DNA of 63,978 nucleotides, counting the filler, from Octopus bimaculoides (lineage: Eukaryota), in assembly GCF_001194135.2 (NCBI RefSeq). It is 4 parts of 4 records of this genome, joined end to end, with 100 filler letters (N's around TTAATTAATTAA, not from the genome) between each part and the next. Parts side by side here need not be neighbours in the genome. Positions count along the whole stretch, not along the records: positions 1 to 30,284 come from NC_068984.1; positions 30,385 to 32,012 come from NC_069000.1; positions 32,113 to 53,540 come from NC_068993.1; 1 more part is not named here. One strand, written 5' to 3'. The position numbers and the translations under genes were made by a program. Shown here one piece after another: positions 26,466 to 37,111 of this stretch (position 1 is its first letter; each line of letters opens with the position of its first letter). Under the pieces are notes generated by a model. That model worked only from the letters and a program-made list of their open reading frames with translations. It did no database searches and had not been told where the DNA came from.

Positions 26466-28250
26466 GATAGATAGATAGATAGATATACATATATTTATCT
26501 ATAATCTGTTTTGTTGTTACTTTTCAAGGACCATCAAAAATCGATTTTGGTAAAGTTTGTCAGAAATCTGTGAATACACGCAACCTGGACATTATCAATA
26601 CTCTTGATATGTATGTTTTTGTTCAACTGCAAGTAAGTAGATGATTATTTCGTCGTGTTAACAAGCATTTCTTCTTTCTTTCGCTTCTGTTTTTGTTATG
26701 GCAGAAAGTGAAGAATTTTATTTGATCCTAGAATTTTACTAGGACTTAATTAGTTCCCTTGTACACCCTTTTGGCAATAGGAATTTTAAGATATAAAAAT
26801 GAAACAAGTACTGGATCATTTTGTTCAACTAAACCCACCAAGATGGTGCTCCAACATGGCTGTTGTCCAATGACTGAAACAAGTAAAAGATAAAAGATAT
26901 GATAGACCTTGACATAAATTTCACGTAATGAACACTTTTGTTGTTCAACAACAGAGTAAGAATGGTTGTGCCATGAAAAAATTTGCTTCACAATCATGCA
27001 GTTTCAAATTCAGTCCCAGTACTCTGGCCCTGACCATCCAATGTCTTTTGAGTCAATTTGATGGATAGAAACTCGGCAGCTGTGTAAAAGCCCACCATCT
27101 GTGTGTGTTTGTGTGTGTATGTGTGTGTGTGTGTGTTCATGTGTGCACACATGAACCTTTGTGTGTATCGTATGTGTTTGTATGTATGTATGTGTCTTTG
27201 TGTTAGTCCTATCACTACCATCACTTGACAAATCCCTGTAATTTTGCAATTCAGCAAGAAGAGAGCAATAGCCCTATTATCAGTTTATTCCACTCAACAA
27301 CTCATGGACAAGCTGCAGTCATACCTAATGAGAAAATATTCAGAACTAATGTAGTTTTTGTTGCGGAATAAAAACCATTGCCCATGTGAAACAGACTTAG
27401 CAATCTTTTAAAAGTATGGTTTCCATGAAATATCATCCATGATTTTGATGCCAAGCTTAGCACTTTGGATGTTGTCTTGGCTCTGTTATAAATGTATAAG
27501 CACCATGAAACTTAATTCAAGATTCCGAGACACTACAAGGGGGTGCTGAAAAGTTCCTGGCTTTTAAGGGTATTGCAAAAGGACTGGTTGGAGGCTCAAT
27601 CTTCCAAGTTCTTTTATTAAAGGATCACTGCAGTAAGTGTGTGAATCTGAGAGGGGAATATGTTGAATAAAATCATAATTAACTGATTCTCCTATATTTT
27701 CTTTTATCCAAAGCCAGGTATTTTTCAGCACCCCCTTGTATATATAGCCCTTGTGATCCAGTTTTGGTTCTGTGAAATATCATCTGAGGTTTTGGGACCT
27801 AGCATTTGAAGTTGTATGTTTAATGGTTCGACAGAAGACATTGATAAAACAAGTACCCAACTTTAAAAAAAAAGCACTAGGGTTGATTCATTTAACTAAA
27901 AATTCAAGGTGGTGCCCCAGCATGACCATTGTCTAATGACTGAAATAAGCAGTAGATGAAAGATAAAAGATAGTGTATAACTAAGGTTACATATTCAAAT
28001 GTATCCGTCTCATTTCAAGACTTTGGGATATGACCTAAGGGGGAATTGGCTGTTGTTTCCAGTGATATGCATAAATTATTGTTTCTCAGCTAACTTAATG
28101 CACTTCATTGCTTCATGTGTTTTATTTCTACATTCAGCTGGAGTGTCCAGAATTGACACAAACCTGTCCATTATCAAAAGTTGTTCAGCCATTCAGCAAA
28201 ACTGGCATCCCAATAGTTTTTGAGTCATACAACAAAGGAAAGTTCAGCAC
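1677..28250 (+). CDS. CFAP47: CFAP47-like cilia- and flagella-associated protein, partial gene (11 exons visible, 5' and 3' ends outside this block)
   Basis: Eleven AG/GT-bounded exons total 1601 nt and splice with consistent phases and no stops. Peptides are collinear with remembered vertebrate CFAP47: EGTLTPYEKI, LEVPITGTALPVLL, SFIPKQIG, VALPNDRAQSIRS, TLFTKKKRYTYNDPDYSYT, DIGL, LSPGQLHKLMIGPSKIDFGKVC, VFESYNKGKF. Confidence 0.88.
2071..2226 (-). mobile_element. Retroposon family D (SINE/RTE-like 3' end with (GAT)n tail)
   Basis: CATCATC...TTTAACGTCCGCTTTCCATGCTAGCA...GGATGCCCTTCCTAAC; further copies at about 5756, 7391, 14143, 22636, 28505, 29258, 53812. Confidence 0.8.
2680..2900. repeat. 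Compound microsatellite (CA/GA/GATA/TA); representative of dozens in the window
   Basis: Directly visible; similar tracts at 4480-4750, 5181-5241, 5949-6030, 25610-25700, 30210-30460, 39980-40060, 44867-44908. Confidence 0.95.
4822..5096. repeat. Duplicated LINE-remnant/mariner-TIR junction (paralog of 21399-21672)
   Basis: About 275 bp at roughly 90% identity by eye to 21399-21672, ending about 45 bp into the mariner TIR. Confidence 0.85.
5756..5904 (-). mobile_element. Family D retroposon copy
   Basis: Tail-first copy, near-identical to the other family D copies. Confidence 0.8.
6106..6221 (+). CDS. CFAP47: CFAP47-like exon B (RWELSPLGWKCLQEPPPRRDFVLFVNFNIVGIPFPPENQ)
   Basis: tttcag| acceptor, |gtaaat donor, 116 nt, phases match exons A and C. 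Confidence 0.82.
7391..7723 (+). mobile_element. Family D retroposon copy with internal sub-repeats
   Basis: GGTTGGCGTTAGGAAGGGCATCC...CCAACCCATGCTAACATGGAAAGCGGACGTTAAACGATGATGATG. Confidence 0.8.
7735..8150 (+). mobile_element. Two tandem SINE family A copies; the second has a 31-bp internal duplication
   Basis: Two heads (7735, 7895). GGGGTCAATGAAATAAGTACCAGTTGTGCA is repeated near 8015-8075. Confidence 0.75.
8273..8533 (+). CDS. CFAP47: CFAP47-like exon C (KHGLEVPITGTALPVLL...ITFSFIPKQI)
   Basis: long pyrimidine tract + gcag|, |gtaagt donor, 261 nt; resembles CFAP47 LALTGTGLPVLL...SFVPHQLG. Confidence 0.9.
8571..9265. mobile_element. SINE family A cluster (two plus copies, one minus copy)
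   Basis: Plus copies about 8571-8790 and 8810-9025; reverse-complement copy about 9095-9265. Confidence 0.7.
10172..10702 (+). mobile_element. tRNA-headed SINE family B (CORE-like CCTTGGGCAAGT-type box) with internal (TA)n/(TG)n
   Basis: GTGGTAAGTAGCTTGCTTACCAACCACATGGTTCC...AAAGAAGCCCGTC + microsatellite + CAGCATGGCCGCAGTCAAATGACTGAAACAAGTAAAAGAG; copies at 43641 and 49412. Confidence 0.8.
10927..11127 (+). CDS. CFAP47: CFAP47-like exon D (GTLQSKNVLQV...KNPKFNM)
   Basis: gacag|, |gtatgt, 201 nt, phase 1 at both ends. Confidence 0.82.
11608..12451 (+). mobile_element. Decayed Tc1/mariner element, maT/DD37D-like, internally deleted
   Basis: TA|CAGG...ATAAACTTG and CAAATTTAGCCTAAACACCCTG|TA termini. 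Frameshifted transposase remnants: IMTAAQCSVNTVKALR, MVFVPVSSEGDIM, ENFYNFTSP..PPNS, RNACTRFQNHLEVVVKDENSYFE*. Confidence 0.8.
12460..13850 (+). mobile_element. Heavily decayed LINE reverse-transcriptase remnant
   Basis: A-rich sense strand; near 13430-13460 reads like ATL(F)DLAK (DxxKAYD box) and near 13605 like TGxRQ. No open frame. Confidence 0.4.
14143..14760 (-). mobile_element. Longer, older family D copy
   Basis: CATCAGCATTTAGCGTCTGTTTTCCATACTGGCATGG...GGATGCTCTTCCTAATGTCAACC followed by internal sub-repeats. Confidence 0.65.
14854..15073 (+). CDS. CFAP47: CFAP47-like exon E (GITPYITNEVG...VALPNDRAQSIRSSGNDKEF)
   Basis: ttttcag|, |gtaagt, 220 nt; PNDRAxSIRS motif. Confidence 0.9.
16770..16922 (+). 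CDS. CFAP47: CFAP47-like exon F (RTLFTKKKRYTYNDPDYSYT...)
   Basis: accag|, |gtaagc, 153 nt. Confidence 0.88.
17588..17972 (-). mobile_element. tRNA-derived SINE family C
   Basis: Reverse complement of 33060-33400; head GGAGGCGCAATGGCCCAGTGGTTAGGGCAG. Confidence 0.85.
19090..19465 (-). mobile_element. Diverged SINE family B copy with internal (CA)n
   Basis: TTTCAGTCATCGAACTGTGGTCATGCTGGGGCACCACC...ACTTGCCCAAGG. Confidence 0.6.
19662..19768 (+). CDS. CFAP47: CFAP47-like exon G (EFMKFNNNVDIGLTHADGIKPKKL...)
   Basis: ttctgtag|, |gtaagt, 107 nt. Confidence 0.85.
20691..20758 (+). CDS. CFAP47: CFAP47-like exon H (QDPKERTMSSNQFFQNEKITKKS)
   Basis: ttttcag|, |gtaagc, 68 nt; supplies exactly the phase 1 to 0 change needed between G and I; sequence similarity weak. 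Confidence 0.72.
20930..21620 (-). mobile_element. CR1/L2-like LINE 3' remnant interrupted by a SINE fragment
   Basis: Minus-strand frames give QTLFKA, MEYC and LQPLQ motifs, as in the C-terminus of CR1/L2 ORF2. Confidence 0.45.
21626..22464 (+). mobile_element. Mariner derivative with partial transposase and long inverted ends
   Basis: TA|TGAGGTGCATTCAAAAAG...CTTTTTGAATGTATCTTG. Transposase MTEHIEQRYC...SRPST...EIAHAVGISTGSVHS...KFVPK...IITDDET. The right end is an inverted copy of the left end. Confidence 0.88.
22636..22820 (-). mobile_element. Family D copy
   Basis: Near-identical to other family D copies. Confidence 0.8.
23024..23120 (+). CDS. CFAP47: CFAP47-like exon I (ANDGLNVIPTTHEEIIQCSRLLSPGQLHKLMI)
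   Basis: gaaaag|, |gtaaga, 97 nt; resembles GLKSEPSTPQEKHDCSLMLTPKQIHQVIV. Confidence 0.87.
26529..26632 (+). CDS. CFAP47: CFAP47-like exon J (GPSKIDFGKVCQKSVNTRNLDIINTLDMYVFVQLQ)
   Basis: ttttcaag|, |gtaagt, 104 nt; GPSxxxFGxxC motif. Confidence 0.9.
27536..27738. mobile_element. Mariner-type MITE (about 200 bp)
   Basis: TA|CAAGGGGGTGCTGAAAAGTTCCTGGCTTT ... AAAGCCAGGTATTTTTCAGCACCCCCTTG|TA. Confidence 0.85.
28138..28250 (+). CDS. CFAP47: CFAP47-like exon K (LECPELTQTCPLSKVVQPFSKTGIPIVFESYNKGKFS)
   Basis: cattcag|, |gtaatt, 113 nt, phase 0 start matches exon J. Confidence 0.85.
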
Positions 28251-28275
28251 GTAATTATATATATATATATCTTTT

Positions 28276-28311
<36 letters not shown>

Positions 28312-28425
28312 TTTCTTCGTTAATGTAGTTGTGTAAATATGTTCAAATTGTGCATCGGTGGTAAACTGACAGAATCAATAACATATCTGTGGTTTTCAAA
28401 TCTTTATGGTGCAACCGTACACTAG

Positions 28426-29621
28426 TGATTAAATAAAAATTACTGATGCACTTCATACAGAAACTTTGGGGAAAATATACTGCATTGAAGTTAAAAATTT
28501 AGAATCATCATCGTCATCATCGTTATTTAACATCCGCTTTCCATGCTAGCATGGGTTGGACGATTTGACTGAGGACTGGTGAACCAGATGGCTACACCAG
28601 GTTCCAATCTGATTTGGCAGAGTTTCTACAACTGGATGCCCTTCCTAACGCCAACCACTCCGAGAGTGTAGTGGATGCTTTTACGTGCCACCGGCACGAA
28701 GGCCAGTTAGGCGGTACTGGCAACGGCCACACTCAAGATGGTGTATTTTACGTGCCACCTGCACAGGAGCCAGTCCAGTGGCACTGGCAACAATCTCGCT
28801 TGAATTTCTTTACATGTGCCACCGGCACAAGTGCCAGGAAGGCAACGCTGGGCACAGGTGCCATCACTNNNNNNNNNNNNNNNNNNNNNNNNNNNNNNNN
28901 NNNNNNNNNNNNNNNNNNNNNNNNNNNNNNNNNNNNNNNNNNNNNNNNNNNNNNNNNNNNNNNNNNNNNNNNNNNNNNNNNNNNNNNNNNNNNNNNNNNN
29001 NNNNNNNNNNNNNNNNNNNNNNNNNNNNNNNNNNNNNNNNNNNNNNNNNNNNNNNNNNNNNNNNNNNNNNNNNNNNNNNNNNNNNNNNNNNNNNNNNNNN
29101 NNNNNNNNNNNNNNNNNNNNNNNNNNNNNNNNNNNNNNNNNNNNNNNNNNNNNNNNNNNNNNNNNNNNNNNNNNNNNNTGATTAAATAAAAATTACTGAT
29201 GCACTTCATACAGAAACTTTGGGGAAAATATACTGCATTGAAGTTAAAAATTTAGAATCATCATCGTCATCATCGTTATTTAACATCCGCTTTCCATGCT
29301 AGCATGGGTTGGACGATTTGACTGAGGACTGGTGAACCAGATGGCTACACCAGGTTCCAATCTGATTTGGCAGAGTTTCTACAACTGGATGCCCTTCCTA
29401 ACGCCAACCACTCCGAGAGTGTAGTGGATGCTTTTACGTGCCACCGGCACGAAGGCCAGTTAGGCGGTACTGGCAACGGCCACACTCAAGATGGTGTATT
29501 TTACGTGCCACCTGCACAGGAGCCAGTCCAGTGGCACTGGCAACAATCTCGCTTGAATTTCTTTACATGTGCCACCGGCACAAGTGCCAGGAAGGCAACG
29601 CTGGGCACAGGTGCCATCACT
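28426..29621. repeat. 443-bp direct duplication flanking an N gap (contains a family D copy)
   Basis: 28426-28868 and 29179-29621 appear identical, and each ends exactly at the gap edge. Confidence 0.9.
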
Positions 29622-29651
29622 ATATAGAAAACTATTGCTAATTATATTCTT

Positions 29652-29862
29652 TTCTACTATAGGCACAAGGCCTGAAATTTTGGAGGATGGGGCCAGTCGA
29701 TTAGATTGACCCCAGTACGCAACTGGTACTTAATTTATTGACTCTGAAAGGATGAAAGGCAAAGTCAACCTCGACAGAATTTGGACTCAGGACGTAAAAA
29801 TAGACGAAATACTGCTAAGCATTTCGCCCAGCATGCTCACATTTCTGTCATCTCACCGCCTG
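29652..29862 (-). mobile_element. SINE family A copy
   Basis: CTACTATAGGCACAAGGCCTGAAATTTTGG...GGATGAAAGGCAAAGTCAACCTCG...CACCGCC. Confidence 0.8.
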
Positions 29863-30212
29863 ACATAGAAGTAATATTTATTGTCACTTAAACATGGGTG
29901 TTCTATAAGAACAGACAATACTACTATTTTAACCCCAAGAGGACGCCTTCTCTAGCTGGTTATTCAATGCACTTTGCCCTCAGTATATATTGTAAACAGA
30001 ATGAGAACTGCCTTCTGTTCTAGCTCGGAGACTGCCATATCATGTTATTTCAATCTGATTTGATTATCCTCAGTGATGGATACTTATCTGCTAGACATAG
30101 TAGTATTTTACCCCAGCTTGCAATATACAGAAAATCAGTGTCAAACAGTCACTGGTTTTGCAACTAGCGAACAAACTCATTAAGAAAATCTCTATTAGAG
30201 ATGAAAGCAATA

Positions 30213-30284
<72 letters not shown>

Positions 30285-30384
30285 NNNNNNNNNNNNNNNN
30301 NNNNNNNNNNNNNNNNNNNNNNNNNNNNTTAATTAATTAANNNNNNNNNNNNNNNNNNNNNNNNNNNNNNNNNNNNNNNNNNNN
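30285..30384. other. Synthetic scaffold spacer (44N-TTAATTAATTAA-44N)
   Basis: Exactly 100 bp with an all-frame stop palindrome in the centre. Confidence 0.95.
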
Positions 30385-30464
<80 letters not shown>

Positions 30465-31977
30465 CACCATATGTGTGTGTTTGCATGTATGTGTGTATAT
30501 GTAATTTATCGATAATATTGAAGAATAATATCTACAGATGTAAGTGTTTATTTTAGTTTCCGTTCCTATTGTTTGCCCCTCATAATAACAAGATCGCATG
30601 AATTGAAATGATTGAAGGTATATGTTGGTAAGGAATTTAAATAAATGCAAAGGAAATGTAACGTGATGGATTAGAAATAGTATAGAATGGAAAAAAAAAG
30701 AACATAGAGGCGAATATATTGATGGATCAAAAAACATATGCCTGTTCAGTTAGTCCTATATGCATCACTCAATTTTTAAATTCTGTAGAAAGAAAATAAT
30801 CGATATATTTATCAAGAATATTAAAAAAGGGCGGATAAATCTCCTGAGAACCTCATAATCTCTAAGAATGAATTAATTATATAGACATCTTGACGTGAAC
30901 ATAATACGCCTTAATATATTTCAATATATATGTATTTGCATGTATATATGGACTCATGCGGTGTACGTATATATGTATGTTTGCATGTGTGTACATATTT
31001 GAATGTGTAAGTATAAATGTGAATGGGCGGTCGTTGGCATGATCCCTAGATATCCAGAAAATGCTTGGCGGTTACTTGTTCCGTCTCCTGTAGTTTTGAG
31101 TTCATTTCCCACTGCAGTTTGTATTTCTTCTCCATTCATTTTCCCACTGTCTCAAAATAGTGCGCATACCACTTAATTATTGAGGCTTAATTTAATTGAC
31201 AATAAGAGAGAATTGGGATATCTGAGGATTGCTTAATCTTGCCCTTCTGTTGAATAGCATTCGTGGTGAGAGTTTAGAACTGTCTAAGCTATGCAGAATG
31301 GCAGGCAAGGTTGTGTGTTTTAATCATTCCATAACAGAAAAGTAGTATATTCCCCAATAATTTCCTGAGTGCTCAGTTTAACTGCAAACAAGATCTTTTA
31401 GTGACCATTATAGAACTCGAAAAAGAATAATAGCACAGAAATTCAAAAACATATACAAGTGCTTTTCTTTAAACTTTCTTCGAAATTGAACTCTTTCCTG
31501 ATTCGTCCTTCCACCTTATGTCGTTCTTTTAGTTTTCTATTTTCGTACCACACCTATCGCCCCACACCTATCGCCATTCTGCACTTCATAACCGCATTTA
31601 ACACACACAGATCTGAATTATTCATATACTATTTATAGGAAGGTGCTCAAATTAATTATATCAGGTCGGCAAAATGTGAAGATGAGCAGAAATTGCTGTT
31701 GTATAACTTAAATTATAATTGATTCTTCTCAATAGTTTTCATATGAAGTGTTTTCTGATTTACTCATGCGAGCTGTCTGGACTAATTAACCAATGTGATC
31801 ACACTGAACATTTGTATTATAATATTCTGCCTAAATAATAATAAAAACAACATCGAAAAATACTTCAGGAATGAGAACCCAGGGTAGAATAATGTTGTTT
31901 ATCTTAATTTTGAAAAACTAAAGAAGTATAAAAAAATCACATTATTTATAGGATGACCCAATATATATATGTGTATG

Positions 31978-32009
<32 letters not shown>

Positions 32010-32012
32010 TAT

Positions 32013-32112
32013 NNNNNNNNNNNNNNNNNNNNNNNNNNNNNNNNNNNNNNNNNNNNTTAATTAATTAANNNNNNNNNNNNNNNNNNNNNNNNNNNNNNNN
32101 NNNNNNNNNNNN
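32013..32112. other. Synthetic scaffold spacer
   Basis: Same 44N+12+44N layout. Confidence 0.95.
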
Positions 32113-32387
32113 TTCATCATTGATTTTGATAAAGTATGCTCTCCGTTTACCAAGCAAAGGCACACGTTTGTTCGAAGTGAAATACATTTTAAATTAAGAT
32201 AAATTGTTGTTAGTACAAAGTATTTGAAATATAAGCAACGAAATTCTCTAAGATATCATCGCTTAACTTTACTTCTTGTCACAACTCATTAATGTGTTGC
32301 TGACAACAAAACAAATGCTTTTCCTGTTGTTTGAATTTTAGTCTTTCACACACAGATACATGCACGTATACACAAACATACATGAAT

Positions 32388-32434
<47 letters not shown>

Positions 32435-33059
32435 TGTGTGTGAGTGTAAATGTGTGTTTGTGCTTGTATATGTATTCATAAATACATATACACACGTATG
32501 CATGTAAGTATATGATTTTCTGCTAAACATGTATAAACCTTCAAATTGATTTTATTATTTTAGATTATAGCAAAACGAGTCCAGTCTCGAAAGTGAATAT
32601 AGAAAATAACCCACTTTCTAGTCCAGCAAGATACAATGTGTCTGTCTGTCCTCATTACTTATGTTTAAGACTTACAACAGATAACGAGTCGCTTCTTATC
32701 ATTAATATTCAACGAATAATTGCTTTTTGAACCAACCTATCAAAAGAACTGAAAATAAATGTAAATATTTAGAGAATTAAAGTATGTATTAAGACATTAT
32801 TTTACCTTATACTCGAGTCCACTATGCTGGATAGTAAATGCAGTTTAACTGCTCAAAACAGTACCAGGACAAAAAAAATATTAAAAAAATAAAATGTGCA
32901 AATGGAAAATACATTTAAAAGATTATGTACAGAAAAGGAAGACAAATAGTAGAGCTCTGGAACTATCTCATCTAAGAGAGCTTTATATTTCACGGCATTA
33001 TAGACAATGAAGTGTGGATGAATTACTTGTAGATAGCTATATGTGTATTCAACTAAATG

Positions 33060-33400
33060 TGGAGGCGCAATGGCCCAGTGGTTAGGGCAGTAGACTCGCG
33101 GTCATAAGATCGCGGTTTCGATTCCCAGACCTGGCGTTGTGAGTGTTTATTGAGCGAAAACACCTAAAAGCTCCACGAGGCTCCGGCAGGGATGGTGGTG
33201 AACCCTGCTGTACTCTTTCACCACAACTTTCTCTCACTCTTATTTCCTGTTTCTTCTGTGCCAGTAATTCAAAGGGTCAGCCTTGTCACTCTGTGTCCCG
33301 CTGAATATCGCCGAAAACTACGTTAATTTCACGAGCAGGCTGTTTCGTCGATCGGATCAACTGGAACCCTCGATGTCGTAACCGACGGAGTGCCAACAAC
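33060..33400 (+). mobile_element. tRNA-derived SINE family C
   Basis: A-box TGGCCCAGTGG and B-box-like GGTTTCGATTCC, then a non-tRNA body ending GGAGTGCCAACAAC; inverse copy at 17588. Confidence 0.85.
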
Positions 33401-33757
33401 ATTCAATTAAATATAAGGAATTCGTGTTTCAGCAAAAGAATTGACGCAACTAATTAAAACATGATGCAATGTATATATTTTAAACAAAACACAGACAAGA
33501 GTATTTAATGACAGATTCGCATATGTGGCGCTCAAAATGTTGATCGTTATATAGTCACGTGCCATACGTCTGCTCAAATTACACCTGGGCTAATTTTTAC
33601 TTTTTTTGTTTTTAATTTCTTTTTGACTTTCACCTTCCTGTGGTTGATAAAATATGTACCAGTCAGAAAGTGATTGAAGTTAGCGATTATTTCATCTTGA
33701 TAAAGTTAGTAAATGTATGTCATTATTAGAAGTTGCAGAACACGTACGTGCTTCTAA

Positions 33758-33874
33758 TCTTATCAATAATATTAATACGCTAACTTTTTGTTTTTGTACG
33801 TACCTGTTGTGTGCTTCACACTTACTTCAAAGAAGTGGAAAAGCGAGAGAGAGGAGGACAGAGAGGAAGTGAGA

Positions 33875-33925
<51 letters not shown>

Positions 33926-35315
33926 AGAGAAAGTGAGAGAGTGAGAGAGAAAGAAAGAGAATGAAAGAAACAGTGAGTGGTGACGGCGTTCGTTTTGTGT
34001 TTTTAGATGTTTCAGAGAGGAAGTGAGAAAAAGTGAGAGAAAGTGTGGGAGAGTGAAAGAGAGAATGAAAGAGACAGTGAGTGGTGACGGCGTTCGTTTT
34101 GTGTTTTTAAACGTTTATCACATCGCAAGGGAAGTAGATACATAGACACATATACACATTATTAAATCAAAAACGAGAGAGAAGAGGGACACAATGGAAG
34201 TGAAAGAGAAAGAGAGAAAGTGAGAGAGACAGTAGATACATAAATCCAGAGAAAAGTTCATCATAGATACATAGACACTACAAATATTGGTTGTCAATTT
34301 CACTTTTCATTACCACACGAGGATAAAATTAACCCACAAATGACTGAGTACTCCACAGACATGCATAACAAACGCAATTACCAAACTTTCATTTATAAAT
34401 CCATTTATTATATCGTTCTTTTGCATTTCAATTTGTACATTTGTACCCAGAAACTTTCAAAAACTGCACGCCAGAAGAAATGAAAAAACGAGTAATTTTA
34501 TCTCCTAAAACCTTTGACTGTCTTGCAATAAATGATAAAGTTCTTGATATTATATCAGAGGCATTTAAAACGTACTTAAGCAGAGATTCAGTGTCCTGCA
34601 ATAATGAAAAGGAGGTTCGGAACTATCCATTTGAATTCGTAAACTCACTCACTCCGCCCGGCATGCCTCCTCATCACCTCAACTTAAAAGTAGGGGCTAT
34701 TGTAATGCTGCTAAGAAATCTTTCGATCAGTTAAGGTTTATGTAATGGAACTCGCATGAAGGTGCAAAGACTTCATGAACATTGTGTAGAGGCATCATTG
34801 GTAACAAGCTCTAACAGAGGTCGTACAGTTCTAATTCCCAAAATTAAACTTAGCCCAAGTGATGCAAATATTCCATTCCCACTAAACAGACTTCAGCTTC
34901 CACTTCGACTTGCATATTCAATGACAATTAATAAGGCTCCAGGGCAAAGATTTGAAAATAGTTGGAATACATTTGCCTCAACCGGTATTTTCTCATGGAC
35001 AATTATATGTCGCATTTTCAAGAGCACGAGCTATGAACAATATCAAATAAGAGTTATGGCACTCAATTGGGATAACAGACAAGGCCAAAAACGTGCTATC
35101 ACATACACACAAAATATTGTCTGCCATGAAGTGCTGTGAGGAAGACCACCGCACCAGCTAGCATCACCACCACCAGCCGCTCCATCATTACACATCCACA
35201 TTACACCTTCAAGATCAGGGAACCAGTTAGGGGCTCGTTGGATCTCTCTCGGCATATCAGCAAACCACAAAATCACACCAACCAGCATCACCACTACCTC
35301 CAAGCCCGTCATGTT
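33758..35315 (+). mobile_element. Non-autonomous Helitron with PIF1-like helicase C-terminal pseudogene (34441-35139)
   Basis: A|TCTTATCAATAATATT start. NSLTPPGMPPHHLNLKVGAIVMLLRNL, *GLCNGTR, LRLAYSMTINKAPGQ, then (after a frameshift) PQPVFSHGQLYVAFSR. One stop and one frameshift. Confidence 0.88.
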
Positions 35316-35317
35316 TT

Positions 35318-35612
35318 ATAGTGAACTTGCAGAGAGGAAACGCTATCGGCATAAACACAAAAAAAGGTTCAAGGACGGCATAAGGGTTACTATGAACTCA
35401 CTAGGAATGATTCCAGAAGATATAGAAACCCTTGTTTCGGATCGAGTTGGATAGCGAACAAAGGTGTAGAGTGGAGTGAAAGAGATCTAAGGAAGAATGT
35501 AACGATCGAGAAGGTGAATGACAATGACCTTTTCGTGTGCACAGTCTGTGACAGACCATGCCTGTCTTTTGATGGCTCAAATCGCATCTGCGAACGCATG
35601 GAAAACAAACCT
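35318..35612 (+). mobile_element. RTE-clade LINE 3' fragment with C-terminal C2H2 finger
   Basis: FYSELAERKRYRHKHKKRFKDGI...IETLVSDR...FVCTVCDRPC...SHLRTH. Confidence 0.7.
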
Positions 35613-37111
35613 CCTCTGCGTGATCATATTAATTCTGCGAAAGGTTATTCTAGGTAACTATACAATCAGAACGACCGCATGTAAGAAATGAAAAGCAAAA
35701 AATTAACTCGTACATACAATTGGTGCGACCGAAAGTAAGTAATGAAAAACAGAAAATTAACCTGTGTTTTGGATGTGGAGAATTACACTACAGATTCAGT
35801 TGTCCTTATAAAAATTGAAAATGCTTCAAGTGTGGTAAGATGAAAACAATCGCACTGTAATACAAAACCCCGAAAACAGTTCAACAGAAAAAGTCATGTA
35901 AACAATTTATCAATGACAAGAAACACAAGCGTGTTTCAATGGAAATTTGTATATGTAAAAATTTATAATACAAATGTAAAATTACAGTTAGATGCAGGTA
36001 GTAACATTACTTTAATTAATGGAAAGAAAATCGGGAAACCTACTCTGCAGAAAACATCGGAAACTGCCCGTGGTGTCTCGGGAATTGAATTTATTTTTAA
36101 AGGCGAAATTATTTGTATCATTATATTTCGCGGTAAGACTATAAAAGCGAAAAACTTATGTATTAAAAAATACAAGTAACCTTTGTGGAGCTGACTGAAT
36201 GGAACTGTTCAGCTTATGGGATTTACCCATAAATAATTTTTGTAAAAATGTAATGGGGTCGTGCACCAGTTCAAATACAGGGTTAGAAAATTTAAAAAAT
36301 GAAATGAGAAGGTTGTTTCATAATGTTTTCCCGGACGAGATGGGTCGGTGCAATAAATTCAAATCCAAATTTCAAGTGAAAGAAAATGCATTACCAGTTT
36401 TCAAACCCAAACGTAATGTACTGTTTGCAGCACTCGAACAGGTAAAGAAGGAATTAAACAGACTGAAAAAAAATGGGAGGGATTGAAGAGATTGATTATT
36501 CAGATTGGTCAAGTCCAACTCTGTACGTTAAAAAGAACAATAAAATATGTGTTTTTTGCAGATTTCTCAACGGAACTAAACGACTGTTTAAAACAGTATA
36601 ACTACTCGTTACCTCGTCCAGAAAAAATCTTCTCAAAATTAAATGGTAGTAAATTGTTCTCAAAATTAGATCTGTCTGATGCCTACTTACAGATACAAGT
36701 GGAAGACGAATATTCTAAGCTACTAACAGCCAATACACATAAAGGTCTGTACATGCTTAACCGGCTAGTTACCCCGGCAGTTTCCGGGAATTGACAACCG
36801 GCTTCCGCTTGACATAAAAGTTGCTCTGTCTATATTTCAAAAAGTGATCGATTCGATGTTTGCAGTGTGTGCCTTCGCGATGGCATACCTGGATGTTATA
36901 TCAATTAAAAATGAATAGGGTGATAAGCATGTCGAGCTCATAAAATATGTGTTCGAAACAATAAGGGATTACGGCTTCACTTCAGAAGAAGCGTGAATTC
37001 TTCTTACCTAAAATTAAATATCTAGGGCATATCATTGATTAAAATGGACGCTGACCATATCCACCGAGGGCAAATGCGATTTAAAATATGCCCCCTCCGA
37101 CAAATATATCT

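Noticed and set aside
28614-29641. Recurrent ORF 'MAEFLQLDALPNANHSESVV' (also at 7303-7650 and 22736)
   Set aside because: It is a chance reading of retroposon family D; it recurs only because the repeat does.
32565-32730. Possible exon after TTTTAG (DYSKTSPVSKVNIENNPLSS...)
   Set aside because: No good donor, no recognisable homology, and the phase is incompatible with CFAP47 exon K.
33060-33135. tRNA-like sequence (also 17900-17972 and the SINE A/B heads)
   Set aside because: It continues into a SINE body, and I could not fold a complete cloverleaf; these are SINE heads, not tRNA genes.
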